The notes under the pieces: model-generated | The model's database searches: none | What the model was told of the DNA's origin: nothing | What the model saw: only the letters and a program-made list of their open reading frames with translations | Shown: positions 10,901 through 24,261 of the stretch, in pieces | How positions within the stretch are numbered: position 1 is the first letter of the stretch | Layout: the number at the start of each line of letters is the position of its first letter | DNA from: Laetmonice hystrix | Taxonomy: Eukaryota | Length of the DNA stretch: 64,000 nt | Assembly: GCA_965235115.1 (NCBI GenBank) | Contig: OZ249448.1 | Location: forward strand, 25,854,001-25,918,000 | Direction: 5' to 3' | Program-made: the position numbers and the translations under genes

Positions 10901-13900
10901 AAAATTCTTGAACTTTTGGTTAAAAGTGTTCCTTGGTTCTTTGATCTTTTTGAAACTGATAAATTTGATATTTTAAAGGAATCTTGGAGAGGGAGCAGGA
11001 ACAGTCGGTTGTCTATGGATCTGTCGACTTTGGAAAAACTGTCGTCACACAAGAGAAATATATTGAATTGGTAAGTAATAGGAGATGGCTTCTGGATATG
11101 AAATGATTGCATTATAATGTCTAGAAGTGAATGATCAAATCATAAGTTCTATAAAAATTCTCTAAGAAAATCTTTAAAAGAACTGCTGTTTTTCTGTTTT
11201 ACTTCCAGCTAAAGAAAACGGCATCAGCACTGAAAATAAGGCCTCACACGTAAGTTCACTGTTGAATTTCATACTTCTGTGACTTTTCTAGATGTTCTGG
11301 TAATTTGAGAATGAGGATGGTAAGACGAGCTATTTTTAACTCAAATCAATCCTGTAGTTAGTCTTTGTGAAGAGGGTTTTTTAAGGAGAATATTGTTTCA
11401 GGGTGATCACAGAGAAAGGGGAGGAAGTCGAACTGTTCTCGTCGGTGGAGTGCAAGGTGAGTTTGTCATGTTTTCAGTGCACAAGACGGAAACGGATACA
11501 TGTAAAAAAAATGTCTGAAATATTTGTGTGATATCTGATAAGATATGAAGATCCCAGTAAGTAAATTAGTAAATCCCTGGTAATAATGTCTCCATGAAAT
11601 TTGGTGGTACTCAATCCTAATCTGAAAATTTCTCAAACCTCCCTAAAAAAAACTGGCTCTGCCCCTAACATTAACCCTTCTTTAACTCCAAAGTCCAAAT
11701 GTTTCTACATGAATTATCTGATTGTGTGATGTATGTTCAGGGTATCACAGGAAACGATGGCAGGCATTATGTCCTAGATCTCCTGAATTATCTGTGAATC
11801 TAACCTGATTGTGTGATGTATGTTCAGGGTATCACAGGAAACGATGGCAGGCATTATGTCCTAGATCTCCTGAATTATCTGTGAATCTAACCTGATTGTG
11901 TGATGTATGTTCAGGGTATCACAGGAAACGATGGCAGGCATTATGTCCTAGATCTCCTGAATTATCTGTGAATCTAACCTGATTGTGTGATGTATGTTCA
12001 GGGTATCACAGGAAACGATGGCAGGCATTATGTCCTAGATCTCCTGAATTATCTGTGAATCTAACCTGATTGTGTGATGTATGTTCAGGGTATCACAGGA
12101 AACGATGGCAGGCATTATCTCCTAGATCTCCTGAATTATCTGTGAATCTAACCTGATTGTGTGATGTATGTTCAGGGTATCACAGGAAACGATGGCAGGC
12201 ATTATGTCCTAGATCTCCTGAATTATCTGTGAATCTAACCTGATTGTGTGATGTATGTTCAGGGTATCACAGGAAACGATGGCAGGCATTATGTCCTAGA
12301 TCTCCTGAATTATCTGTGAATCTAACCTGATTGTGTGATGTATGTTCAGGGTATCACAGGAAACGATGGCAGGCATTATGTCCTAGATCTCCTGAATTAT
12401 CTGTGAATCTAACCTGATTGTGTGATGTATGTTCAGGGTATCACTGGAAACGATGGCAGGCATTATGTCCTAGATCTCCTGAGAACATTCCCGGCAGACC
12501 TGAACTACCTGACAGGTGAAACTCATTGACTTTCTCATAAAAGAAGTACAGATTCTGAGTGTCTTCAACATGTTTCTAGTTTACAGTAGCCTGTCAGACA
12601 CTTGCACAATATAGAGGTCTATAAAACACTGGTAGAAATTGTTAAGGGGGGGGGGGACTGAAAAATCGTGTTATGCTGTGCTGACTTGTGTTAGTGAGTC
12701 CTGAGGTGTGTTGGGATTGTCGAGAAAGCGTGTGGTTTGTTGAATGGCTGTTGTTGTTTTTGATCCAGTTGAAGGGGTGGAGTTGAGTCCCGAAGTCAAA
12801 CAGATGGGCTACCCACGACAGCATGCTCACAAGCTTGTCTCACTCCGACAGGAACTCATTGAAACCTTTGTCGAGTGAGTCCACAATTGACTCTTAAAAA
12901 ACCTGTCATCCAATAATCTCCCCATAAGTTCATTATTTTCTTGATTTCATAAATCTAAATTTAATATTTTACTGTTAGGTAAAAAGACTCTTTTTTTTTT
13001 TGTTTTTTGACAGCAATCGGTACATTACGTTTGTGAAGAATGCAGCGTATCAGTTCCAGCAGTTACGTGTGAAGAAGATGCAGGAAGCAAAGGTATTGTC
13101 TGTCAAAATATAATCAGTAAGACATAATCAATTGCTTTGGTCATGTGCCACTATTTACTGCCGTTGTCCACAGTACTATATCACTTTTTTTCTAAATGAA
13201 GCAGAAGAAAAGTATCGAGGAAGCGGAAAAAGAAGAGACAGGAAAAGAAGACAAAAAGGATGACATTGAAACAGATGAAGCAAAGAAGATAGTCGAGGCG
13301 CTGACAGACACAAACTCTGAGACATGTAAGATTTTGACATTTTACTCCTACTCCAATAATGTTTCAAGTTGTAGCACTGTGTAACTCTATCAAACCCAGG
13401 GCTCTCAAAAGTAGGCGGTCAGCGGCCTACTTCTTGTTAAAAGACAAAAAATCTTTTTGGGTAAATGTTCTTTTTTCACTTTCCTGCACATATGATCCGC
13501 ACACGGTGCGATACGATGTCAGTGATGACTAATTGCCCCTCTCAGATGCCAGGAAATTGTATCTCAAGGGGGCATTTTTTCACATTTTTACGGGGGAGGA
13601 CCCCAAGAGCTGTCTCCTGCTACTTTCTCTTCTGTACCCTGCTACTCCTGCCAACTTTGACAGCCCTGCCAACCCAATATGAAGTCGTTTGATCATAAAT
13701 TGTTGTGGTTTCTCCCGTCAGTTGAAGAGAGCAGCAAGGATATTGTGAGGAAAGCGGCGAGGTCGGTCAACTCACTGAGCGACTCTGAGTTCTCTATTGG
13801 CTTCAATACCGATCTATTCCAACCCCACGTCAAGCATTCCCATCAAGGCGTAAGTTCGAGATTCTTTACAAGTTTATTTATTTGTGGTATATCAACAGAA

Positions 13901-16900
13901 TCAGAACTGGTGACTTATATCCTGACAACCAGGCCACCTGAATTCTCAAGTTGTACTACCAGACAACCATGGGCTACTAGCTAAATTTTCAGTTTGGGCA
14001 ACCTACATGAATACATTATTACATTCGGCTGAATCTTAAGGCTAGACGACAAAGTCTCAACTTGTGGGTGGAAAGTATATTTCATAGTTGTGATGGTAAT
14101 GTTTGGCATGGTTTGTTTTACAGAGTGAGATGATGTTGAAGGAGATACAGTTAGTGAAGGATGCCGGAGAGTTTCTTCTCGTACATCAGATCCCAAGCTT
14201 TGTATGTCTCTAACAGAAATACTTTACATACGTTTAGAATGATTCTCCATGATAATGTATGCAAGCAGAGATGGTGTGACTGTTGAGACCTTGGAATCTA
14301 AATTTCTAAGGTTCATATGATAATCATTTGTCAATGTAACATCTCATAATCAAAATATTTTTCAGTAATTTCTACCTCTTGACTAAAAATCTGTACTCTT
14401 TTCAGATCAGAGATTGTCTGGAGCACACATCCTCGCCAATTGATGGCTACACGCTAACAGAGGCATTGCACAACAGGTAAGATAATTTATTTTAAAACAA
14501 CAATACGGTAATTTATAATTAGCACACTACATTGTCCAAAAAAAGAAAGATTGTCTGAGAATCTTCTGGTATTTCATCCAAGATCTTAGGTTATTTTGTG
14601 AATCAGCGTTGGCAACCCTGCTTGGGTGTAACTGGCCACATGTCCTCTCAAGGAAAATCTAAACATTTGAAAAGACTGGAGCCTTTTATAAATTATCATG
14701 AAGTGCATAAATGTTATGTGTTTGCAGTGGCATAAACATAAGATATCTGGGTAAAGTGACCGAGCTGGTCGCCAAGCAGCCCTCCCTCTCCTACCTACGT
14801 GTAAGTATATACAGAGAGGATTTCAGTTTAAGGAGGGTTTGGTTAGTAGAACCTTGCTGACGAATACTGTAAATAATTAAAGTCATGTTTTGACCAAAGA
14901 AAAAAATCTAAAAAATGTCAGAAAATCAAAGATGGCCACCATTTCCATGGCAACCATTGCTATGGAAACTAATCACCACCATTTTTGCAATTCATTTAAC
15001 CAGGTATGTATTGTAATGAATTAAAGTCTCTTTTTACTGTTTTCAAAAAATTGACTTTTTACATGGGTCAATGTGTATCTGTAAACGGTAAAGAAAAATG
15101 CGACTAATGTAGGCTGAAATATGAGAATATTGCTGTGTGTTTCAGAGTATCTGTGTCTTGGAACTGTTGGTGCGGGCCACCAAACACCTGTTCAACACCT
15201 ACATGCAGGGTGTGGATACGATGAGTCTGGCTGCTGCTATCAGCCACTTTCTCAACTGTGCTCTCACCTCCTTCCCTAACCCACACGCTGCCATCATTGA
15301 AGACGTAGGTCCCGCGTCACTGTACTCATTGTATCCTCACACCATTCTGTCTTGGTTCTTAAGATTTGATGATTAAAAAATAATGTATACATCACTTTTT
15401 ACGAAATTCATGTTTTTTGCTTGCCAACTAGTCTTAGATTTGGGATAAATAGTTGCCAATGTATTGACTTCAGTTACAAAGCCAGAGGTCCAAGAAACGC
15501 AGCAGACGGCGGAATAAGGGTGGGCATTTTGCTGGAAACAGTGACAATGTCGAGTGGGCATCAGAAACTCCACGCTCTCTGTGGAAGAAGATCACAGATG
15601 AAACGTTCAGCTACTACCACTACACACTGGCATGGTATGAACCACGAAAACTTTTCTTTTTCTAAAGGTAGACCAAGCAAAGTGTGAGTAAATGAAATAA
15701 TGGACTGCTATACCATGTGTATGATAACTTTCTCATTGTTTGTTTCAGTGATGGTATTGATAGTGCTGTCGAGACGTATGGCATACAGAAAGTTTCCCTG
15801 TTCCGCCTGCTCTGTAAGAAACTGGGCATACAGATGTTCCTTAGGGAATACAACATGGACAGTAAGACACGGCAAACCTTTGTTGAGGATGACATTATCA
15901 ACATCTTCCCAGTTGTCAAACACATTCATCCAAAGGTAAGCTTTGTATAAACTTGGCAGCGCACACAGAGGTGGAGAGCTTGATAACTTGTATAATTTGT
16001 ATAATGATACATCACAACACTGTGAGCCTGAATTGTACCTCAGTCCTGGATTCTAGGAAACTTGCATATTCCTAAATACCGATCGGTACCTTTTCTAGAG
16101 TTAAAGTAGTCGTTTGTGATATTGGCAGGCCACGGATGCATACCATGTGTTCACGACTGGACAACACAAGATCCAGCAAGGATTGTTACGAGAGGGTTAT
16201 GAGTTAATTAGTGAGGCTCTAAACCTGCTCAACAATGTCTACGGAGCCATGCATCCAGAGATAGCAGCCTGTGCACGACTCCTGGCCAGGCTCAACTACA
16301 TCATGGGAGACTACGTCGAGGTGAGCAGATTACCACATCACTATCAGTATTAGTTATGTTTAAAAGGTTTTTCTAACATACAGGCTTAAACTCAGGTGTC
16401 CATGTCTAAAACAGTACAGAACGTAATTAAGAAGGTTCAGACTTTTTTTATCAGTGCAAGATTCACAGCTAGTGTCTAACTGTGAGTTTGATTTCATTGT
16501 CATATTTTAACCGTTTGTCTGTTTAGGCCTTGGCTCACCAACAGAGGGCAGTCCTGATGAGTGAGCGTGTCCTTGGCGTCGACCACCCCAACACCATCAC
16601 AGAATATGTGAGTCCCCTGTCGAAAATTAAGTAGATAAAAATGATATTGTTCATCAACCTTTCTTAGGCATATTGTAGTGTACAATTACTGGGTAAAGTA
16701 CTGAATATGTAAAATAATATTAAATGTTGAGAATCCATAAATATTTTTGCTATGTTTTATAGGCACACCTGGCCCTCTACTGTTTCGCCAACAACCAAAT
16801 CTCCACAGCCCTACGTCTCATGTACCATGCCCGTTACCTTGCCCTGCTATGTCATGGAGAGAACCACCCAGAAGTGGCGCTGTTTGATGTACGTACACAT

Positions 16901-19196
16901 GTGCTGGGGAGCAAGGTTCACATTCTGCCTGACACCATGGATACCCAGAATGCTGGGAAAGTCAAGGGATCTCTTTGGAGGGAAAATATTTTGTATTTCT
17001 TGACCTATGTCATTAACTTGAAAAACGAAGGAAGGTTTAAAAGATGTGATAGAGTGCATCCAAAATTTGCATAAATAGTCATTTCCTCTGGTAAATCAAA
17101 GAGGGTCTACTCATGCATGTAAAGTCAAGTTTGTGATTCATTGGTTTGGGATCTGTTCAGAGGGCCAATGGTAGCCAATGGCAGTCAGACTTGGAAGTGA
17201 TTTTTAGCCCTGATTTTATTTCAGAGTAACATTGGCCTTATCCTGCATGCCGTGGAGGAGTTTGACTTGTCACTGCGCTACCTCACTAAGGCTCTGGAGC
17301 TGAACACGAAGTAAGTCGAGTAGGGATTAGAGAATAGAGAACATGTCTGACTGTCTGTGACAGTCATAGGACATGGCTGTAATCAGTATCAATGTATCAT
17401 AAAGTAACAGTTCAGAGATTACAAGTTTAGCCGTTGATGAGACCATCAGTGAGTTTGTACATTGAACATATTGTTGATATCTGAAGGGAACATGTTGATA
17501 TCTGTAGTGAACATGTTGATACCTATAGTGAACATGTTGATACCTGTAGTGAACATGTTGATATCTGAAGTGAACATGTTGATATCTGAAGCGAACATGT
17601 TGATATCTGAAGCGAACATGTTGATATCTGAAGTGAACATGTTGATATCTGTAGTGAACATGTTGATATATGTAGTGAACATGTTGATACCTGTAGTGAA
17701 CATGTTGATATATGTAGTGAACATGTTGATATCTGTAGTGAACATGTTGATATCTCAAGTGAACATGTTGATATCTGTAGTGAACATATGTAGTGAACAT
17801 GTTGATATCTGTAGTGAACATATGTAGTGAACATGTTGATATCTGTAGTGAACATGTTGATATCTGTAGTGAACAAGTTGTTGATATCTCAAGTGAACAT
17901 GTTGATATCTGTAGTGAACATGTTGATATCTGTAGTGAACATGTTGTTGATATCTCAAGTGAACATGTTGATATCTGTAGGTTCTTTGGTGTCCGGAGTT
18001 TGAAGGTAGCCATGAGCTATCATCTGGTCGCTCGAGCCTACTCCTGCAAGGGTGACTTCCGCACAGCCTTACTTCATGAGAAGGACGCCTATGCTATCTA
18101 CAAGGGCATGGTGGGTGAAGTACATGAATCCGGAGTCGTGCTTGTGCCCTTTAAGCATCTGCAAAAGCTGTGTAAAAAACGCTAGATATGAATATGATGT
18201 TTTAAATCATTCATGGTACTTTAGGGCTGAGTTTTAGGTTTGTGTGTTGGCAGCTAGGAGAGGAGCATGAACGGACGAAGGAAAGTTCTGACTGCCTGAA
18301 ACATCTAACACAACAAGCTGTCAAGTTCCAGAAGACAATGAATGAAATCTACAAAGGAGAAAAGGCCATCCAAATCCCCCCCATCCAGGTAAGTTGACCC
18401 CAAAAGGCCATCCAAATCCCCCCCCCCCCAAAAAAAAAAAATCCAGGTAAGTTGACCCCAAAATGATCTGTGGTATAAATGTTATTTTTCTATTACTTGG
18501 ATAGAAACAATTTTCTATTTAAGTTTTTCCAATGTTTCTGTAGTGTCTGATTTAACAGTTATTGATTTTGATGTATTGATCACAACAGCAGTTATTGATT
18601 TTGATTTATTGATCACAAATACGATCAGTATTACATTGACCATTATATAATATAATCGCATCACAATCTGGATCACTCTGACGTAACATACGCTAAGCCT
18701 GTGATTCACATTGTGTTTGAATATTAATTTGATCATCTTAGATCCAGACCCCAACCTTGGCCAACGTCCTTGACACCCTCAACCTTATAAATGGCATTGT
18801 CTTCCTACACATCAGGTTAGTGATCACGTTATCTTGTAGCAGAATATCCTGCACAGATAAAGTTTGATGTGTAAAAAAATTATGTATGGATAAAAAGTTG
18901 CTGATGAAGTTGCAGAAATTGCAGAGCCTTTGGGATGAGAGAAAATAAATGATATGTAACATTTTAGAAATTACTTAAATCTCAAATTGTAATTTTGCAG
19001 CCAAGAAGACATTGAGAGGTTCCGGGAGGAGATGTTGCGAAGGCAACAGGAAGGAACAGACAGTTCAGCGACGGAGGTGAAGGCAGCCGAGGCTGCTGCT
19101 CCTTCACAAACAGATGGGATTAACTCAAAGACTGAGGAAAGTGGTAGCAATGAAGAACGGGTAAAGGAAGAAATCAGCGAGGAAGCCCAGCGATAA
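4964..19196 (+). CDS. CLUH: Clustered mitochondria protein homolog (clueless/CLUH), 35 coding exons, ~1359 aa. Exons: 4964-5075, 7336-7586, 7860-8031, 8261-8404, 8571-8683, 8814-8883, 9017-9101, 9287-9412, 9535-9638, 9870-10006, 10211-10302, 10535-10637, 10763-10883, 10979-11070, 11209-11249, 11402-11456, 12437-12515, 12769-12874, 13014-13092, 13205-13325, 13722-13849, 14124-14201, 14406-14476, 14728-14800, 15146-15304, 15474-15634, 15749-15935, 16129-16320, 16527-16607, 16763-16888, 17225-17310, 17981-18110, 18254-18388, 18742-18815, 19001-19196
   Basis: All exons join in phase without stops. Hallmark CLUH motifs are present: [144 protein letters not shown], plus a C-terminal TPR region. The first exon assignment is less certain. 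Confidence 0.97.
11710..12482 (+). repeat. 87-bp tandem repeat, ~9 units, comprising the intron 3' end, the AG acceptor and the first 45 nt of CLUH exon 17
   Basis: Acceptors GTTCAG|GGTATCAC recur at 11741, 11828 ... 12437 (696 bp = 8 x 87). Confidence 0.95.
13397..13668. mobile_element. hAT-like MITE, same CAGGGCTCTC terminus as 1477-1884 (CLUH intron)
   Basis: TIR CAGGGCTCTCAAAA / CTTTGACAGCCCTG. Flanks CAAACC / CCAACC (5 of 6 match). Confidence 0.6.
17463..17980 (+). repeat. 21-bp minisatellite (TGAACATGTTGATATCTGTAG), ~24-25 units, ending exactly at the acceptor of CLUH exon 32
   Basis: Direct reading of the repeat. The last unit supplies ...ATATCTGTAG|GTTCTTT (17980/17981). Confidence 0.95.
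18362..18462 (+). repeat. Two-copy duplication of the CLUH exon 33 end and its donor
   Basis: AAGGCCATCCAAATCCCCC..ATCCAG|GTAAGTTGACCCCAAAA occurs twice, with donors after 18388 and 18446. Confidence 0.9.
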
Positions 19197-21027
19197 TCAT
19201 CAATATGTCATCATGGATTCCCAGAATCCCAGCCATCCTAGAATGTGATACGTAGGGTCCAATAACTCAGCCAGTAGCAGGGACATCGCCTGCTGTGGGA
19301 GAGAAGCAACAATTCTGTAAACGACAGACATGACGCCAAACAACTCGGAAAGGATCACTCAGCTCTTGAGAGCTTGAAATGGTAGGAGAGTTTATTCTCA
19401 GATCCTGGAAGGCAAGGATTATCGTTAGATCCTGGAAGATGTCGATCTTTCAAATATAATGATGACAGTAAACAGCTGTAGCATGTAGGCTGTCAGCGTT
19501 GCTACCTATAGACAATAATTGGTTGAATTGTTTTCACTTGAGACTTCCTAGAGCTCCACACCCTGAAGGTGTGACTTTAATTATGTAAGAAATTTGTTGT
19601 CGTTTAATACCAAGTACTCTTTCCTTGTGCTTCACAGCAAATCTTGACAGAAAAAACTAATGCAAATTTGCTCAAGAAATTTCTTGGAAAGAGTATGAAA
19701 TGTTATGCACAGTGTGGGGACTGTTGTTGAGAAACAAAAACTAAAATTTGTTTTGATTTGTTTGATTTCTACAAATACAACAGGGGTATATGATTTTAGC
19801 ATCATGAGAGGAAGAGAATATTCTCTGGTGCTGCTGCGATCGTATTTGAGTGGGTAGATCTTCAGTCTGTTATTTTTGAGAGGCCTGTAGGGGAGGGGGA
19901 ACTGCTAAGGTGCTGGAGACCAAACGATTTGTTTATCTTGCGAATTAAAAATGGTTTACATCGGTGAAGTAAGCCCGAGTGTCGTTGGCTCCTCCTTCCA
20001 GAATGAACAGATAAATGTGTTTGCACTGTTGAGTTAGTAAGATTAGAATCAGATAAAAGATTAGGAACCCAAGCTTCACTTCAGTAGGTGCCTTGATGTA
20101 GATAGGAATTGTCCTCATATATTGTGGAGTACCGAGATGTTAAAAAATTGCCCTCGTACGGGGATGAAGAAGTATGTGATTGTTACTCTGTATGGTTGGA
20201 GCCTGGCTTCCTCTCGGCCAATGTTTGGGGAGAGAGTGACCAGCAGAGTTTAAATTTTTATTCTCTCAGCTGTCCATGGAGTCCCCCCTAAAAAATGTGA
20301 CCCTCTTTACAGCACAACAAACCTGGTGGATATAAGAAAAAAAGAGTTGGACATTGTGTTGTGTATTTTGATTTTTGAATCGCCACTTAGGTACATTTAT
20401 TAGGATATTGAAGTAAGTTGTTGTCAGAGATCTTGACATCGACTCTCGTGTTGTTCTTGGCAATAAAAATTGTCATTGAATATGTAAAATGTGGGGTCCT
20501 GGTATGATATGTGGTGATTCCTAGTCTGCAGTACTAGCTTCACGGATCGCAATGTTCTTCCTAACTTTATAAGACAAGCAAAAATTGAATCAAATGACAC
20601 AACAGAGGATCCAGGCTGCCAAATTGTAAACAGAATTGTCAAATACCATTCTGTCAAAAGAGAAATCTTATTGTGTTATTATTCAGTCTCTGTGTATGGC
20701 GGGTACCTGTAATGTACAAAGGTGTGTTAGACAGGTATGAATGGGTAAAATCCTGAAGGGATAGGTGTGTATTAAACCCGCTTTATCTGTACCTGTTAAA
20801 CAGGTCAAGTCAGGTGTGATATCTTGTAACAAGCCATCTGTCATCCAACCAGGCTCGTCACACACTCTTGTAGTGTCGTCAGCTGCCAACAGGTGGCGTT
20901 ATAACGGCCCTCAACAATTCAGTTTAAAGACGGTCTGGGGAACACATAATTGACCCATATAATTTGGCTGATTTAATAACTGACCTATTTAATTTGAGCC
21001 TGGCATGTTATTTTTCCTTAGCACTTG

Positions 21028-21033
21028 AATAAA
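21028..21033 (+). terminator. Candidate polyadenylation signal for CLUH
   Basis: AATAAA ~1.8 kb after the stop codon, followed by GT/T-rich sequence. Other candidates exist further downstream. Confidence 0.3.
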
Positions 21034-24000
21034 GAACCCGGTGTAAGACCATGTTGTTTAGGGAGGTTGACATACAACACACTGCTATGATATATGAAAA
21101 TTGTTAAGGTAACTCCCTGCTCAAAATATAATGGAGCCTTGCGACAAATAATGTGTGTAGGAGACATGAGGACACGGTCCAGTGGAAGTCGTGGTTCACA
21201 GATATTAATACAATCAGACTACACCTGGTACCGTGATGCAAGAGTTTATTAAATGTGGTTGTTTTAACGGAATGATGTATTGTGTTTGTGTCTTTGACGT
21301 TTGTCGAAGATCAGCACTCGGAGCAAACACTGTGAAAACACTTAAAATAAGAGAAGTTGAGAAGGTCGAGAGAATATGACTTTAGACAGGGAATAGGGAA
21401 CGGTGACTAGCTTGGATATTGATTTGCTTTTTGGTGCAATTAGTTGGCAAGATCTCAAAATAATTGCCATCGAAACTTTTTCAGAGGTGATGGCAGAAAT
21501 AGAATAGCATTCAATGAACTGGTTCAGTGTTTTTTGGTGCACTTTCTGTCTAGATACTGATAGACTTGTTGGGCACTTTACAAATTATGTAACCTGTATC
21601 ACAGCCATTCACTCCTTGTATATTCTAGAGCAGAATATAATGGTTGGATTGTACAAATTTTCCTGATTAGCAGATGGCGATATCGATTAGATTAAGTTAT
21701 ACAAAATACATTGATGTTCTTGGTATTCGGTGACTAAACCTGTGAATGGTACCTGAAACAATTAACTCTTCAGTAATGTTCCTTATAATGCCAACAACCT
21801 AAAAAAAGAAGCACTGCATTTGGAGATGGTCCGAAGGTTGTGAGGAATGCTGTTCATTTTTTAAGTGCAATTCAGATAGGATATGCTGGAGACATGAAAT
21901 ATAAGCAATGTATTTTAAGGGATGCAAGATGATCGGAGACGTGGGAGAAATCTCTGAGAACAAGAAGGAAAGGAAATCAGTTAAATTCTTGTCAAGGTTT
22001 ACTGTAAAATGAAATCATCACAAGTCATCAGTGATTATGAAATATATTTTTGCCAAATTGCATGCGAGCAATAAAAATAGAAATTTTGCATGGAGAGGAT
22101 GCATGTATGATGTAGATAAAAGGTTTCAGCAGTGCATGAATACTTATGATCATGGCAAGTATGTGTAGTCGTAATTTTTGTTGTTGTTATTCTTCTGCCG
22201 GCTGAGCATGACGAGAAGAAAACAACTATATTTCATTTTCCTAGAATTTATCAAATTGCCCCAAGCAACATTTAAAATTTGTTTTAAACTGTACCGGGTA
22301 ACTAAACGAAAATAGAGGGTTCCGGCTGTTAGCATTTTTTCATTTTAATTGATGTAGCACCAATGAGACATTATATATTTAGTGAGAGAACACGGGAAAT
22401 GTGCCAGTTATTTATGTAGTTTAGACTAATAATGTCATGAGTGAGATTAAATTTGGTAGAGGACAGTCGCTTGTTGAATTTGTTAAGTCTTGAAGTGGAC
22501 ATAAATGGATCAATGTTAAGATGATCGGGAGAAAACTCCATCCTGAATTCTGTAAATTCTTCAGTTAAGCTGGCTCGACAGAAGAGCAGATTTGTATGAA
22601 GCAGATTTTGAGGTTGCCGATTACGTTAAGTTTTTTTTGCATACAAACCGGTACAGACTGTATTGTGAGACACCAACTCTCGTTGATGCCTCGACGGTAA
22701 CTAGAAGTTAAGACCAGTTCTTGACGGCCCATGCTGTAACTCATTCATGTGTTGGTAGATAAAATTATATTTTCGTTTTATTTTTTACGTATAGATTTGT
22801 TATTTGCATGGATTGACTCCGTGTGCACAAAGTATCAAATCGTAGATGAGGCACGGGACAAATGTTATATAATGCATGGTCGGGTTACGGTGTCCCTCTG
22901 CACTGAAAGAAAATCACGCTACTTGACAGTTGTGTTTTTAGCGATGGTTTGCCACATTACTGTAGGAAAGAAGTCTTGTATTGCAGACAGCGACAGTAGG
23001 ACTATTGTGGATCGTGATGGATGTTTACAGCCCATGGCCGAGCACTGGCCGGTGTCTCAAGTCAGATTGATTACTGATTGAAAATTTGGTTTATGATAAA
23101 GTCCGGGGGGGGGGGGGAATTGCTAAGATCAAACCTATAAATATAAGCAGATCAGTTTGAACAGCAAGTCTGTCTGTGGGATGTGTGTGTGTGTTTCCAT
23201 CATTCATTCTTCAAACTGGGGTACGAGACAAGCCAACATAGTGACATAACCACAGTCGAACCAGGCGTCATAGAATTTTGTCGCTTCCCGAAATTTGGGG
23301 AATCTCTGGTGGATGATGATGATGATGATGTAAACAGAGCGACTAAATATTGGTCCGATGAGATTGAAGCTTCGTATCTTTGGGTTTTCAAATATGGTAC
23401 TACGGTATCTTCAAGCGTACCTTCAAGCCGATGTAAAGTGTTCTCTGATGCCGAGTGTTGAAGTTTATAATAAAAGGGATGACTTACTTTAAATGATGTT
23501 TGTTGGTTCTGTATCATGACATGAAGACTAATGGGAATAAAAGGACTGATCGTGAATTAATGCTTGTCCCAACTTGTTTTTTGCTTTGCTGAAAATGAAA
23601 TACAATGAAGCCAAGTGCCACGTACTAAACTCATATTGTCATTTTGTTCAGCCCGATTGAGTCTAATTTAGAAAAAGATCTTGGGTGGAATCTAAATTAA
23701 TAGGCCTATCAGCACAGAATTTGGCATGATATCATTCTTGATTATATTCCTCAGAATAACATCTGTTAGTGTTAAATGATCAGTATCTGGCCACCTAGTG
23801 TGAAATATTTGAACCTTTTATAGTGAATTGCATGGGCGCCACCTGGTAGTGCAAGTTTCAAGAGCTTCTTTGCATTGAATAGGCCTACATTAGTCATTAC
23901 AATGGGAAGCCTGAGAGGCCTTGCTTTTACATTGAATAACCTATATTTATATAACCTATAAATATTTCCTTAGTATTCTCGGCAGCTGTTGAGAAACTCG

Positions 24001-24261
24001 TAATCTTACAATTAGGAAGCGGGCACAACGTTTTCTAGACCCCTCGGCCTACATACCTCATCAACTTGACACAGTTTGTACGCATGGGTAGAGCGTGGGC
24101 TGGCCAGGGGCTGGTATTGTTCCACACACAGTCAGCGTGGCGAGACCTGAACGTGCGGCTCGCGGCCGACGATCGCGTTCACAACAACGAACAGAACGTG
24201 GGAATAGACCAAGGGACGGACGCTGAACGAACGCGGATTATGCGGAGATATCACCCCAGAA

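Noticed and set aside
17327-18013. Repetitive ORFs (YQHVH..., MLISVVN..., ISTCSL...) on both strands
   Set aside because: Translations of the 21-bp intronic minisatellite. There is no evidence of coding.
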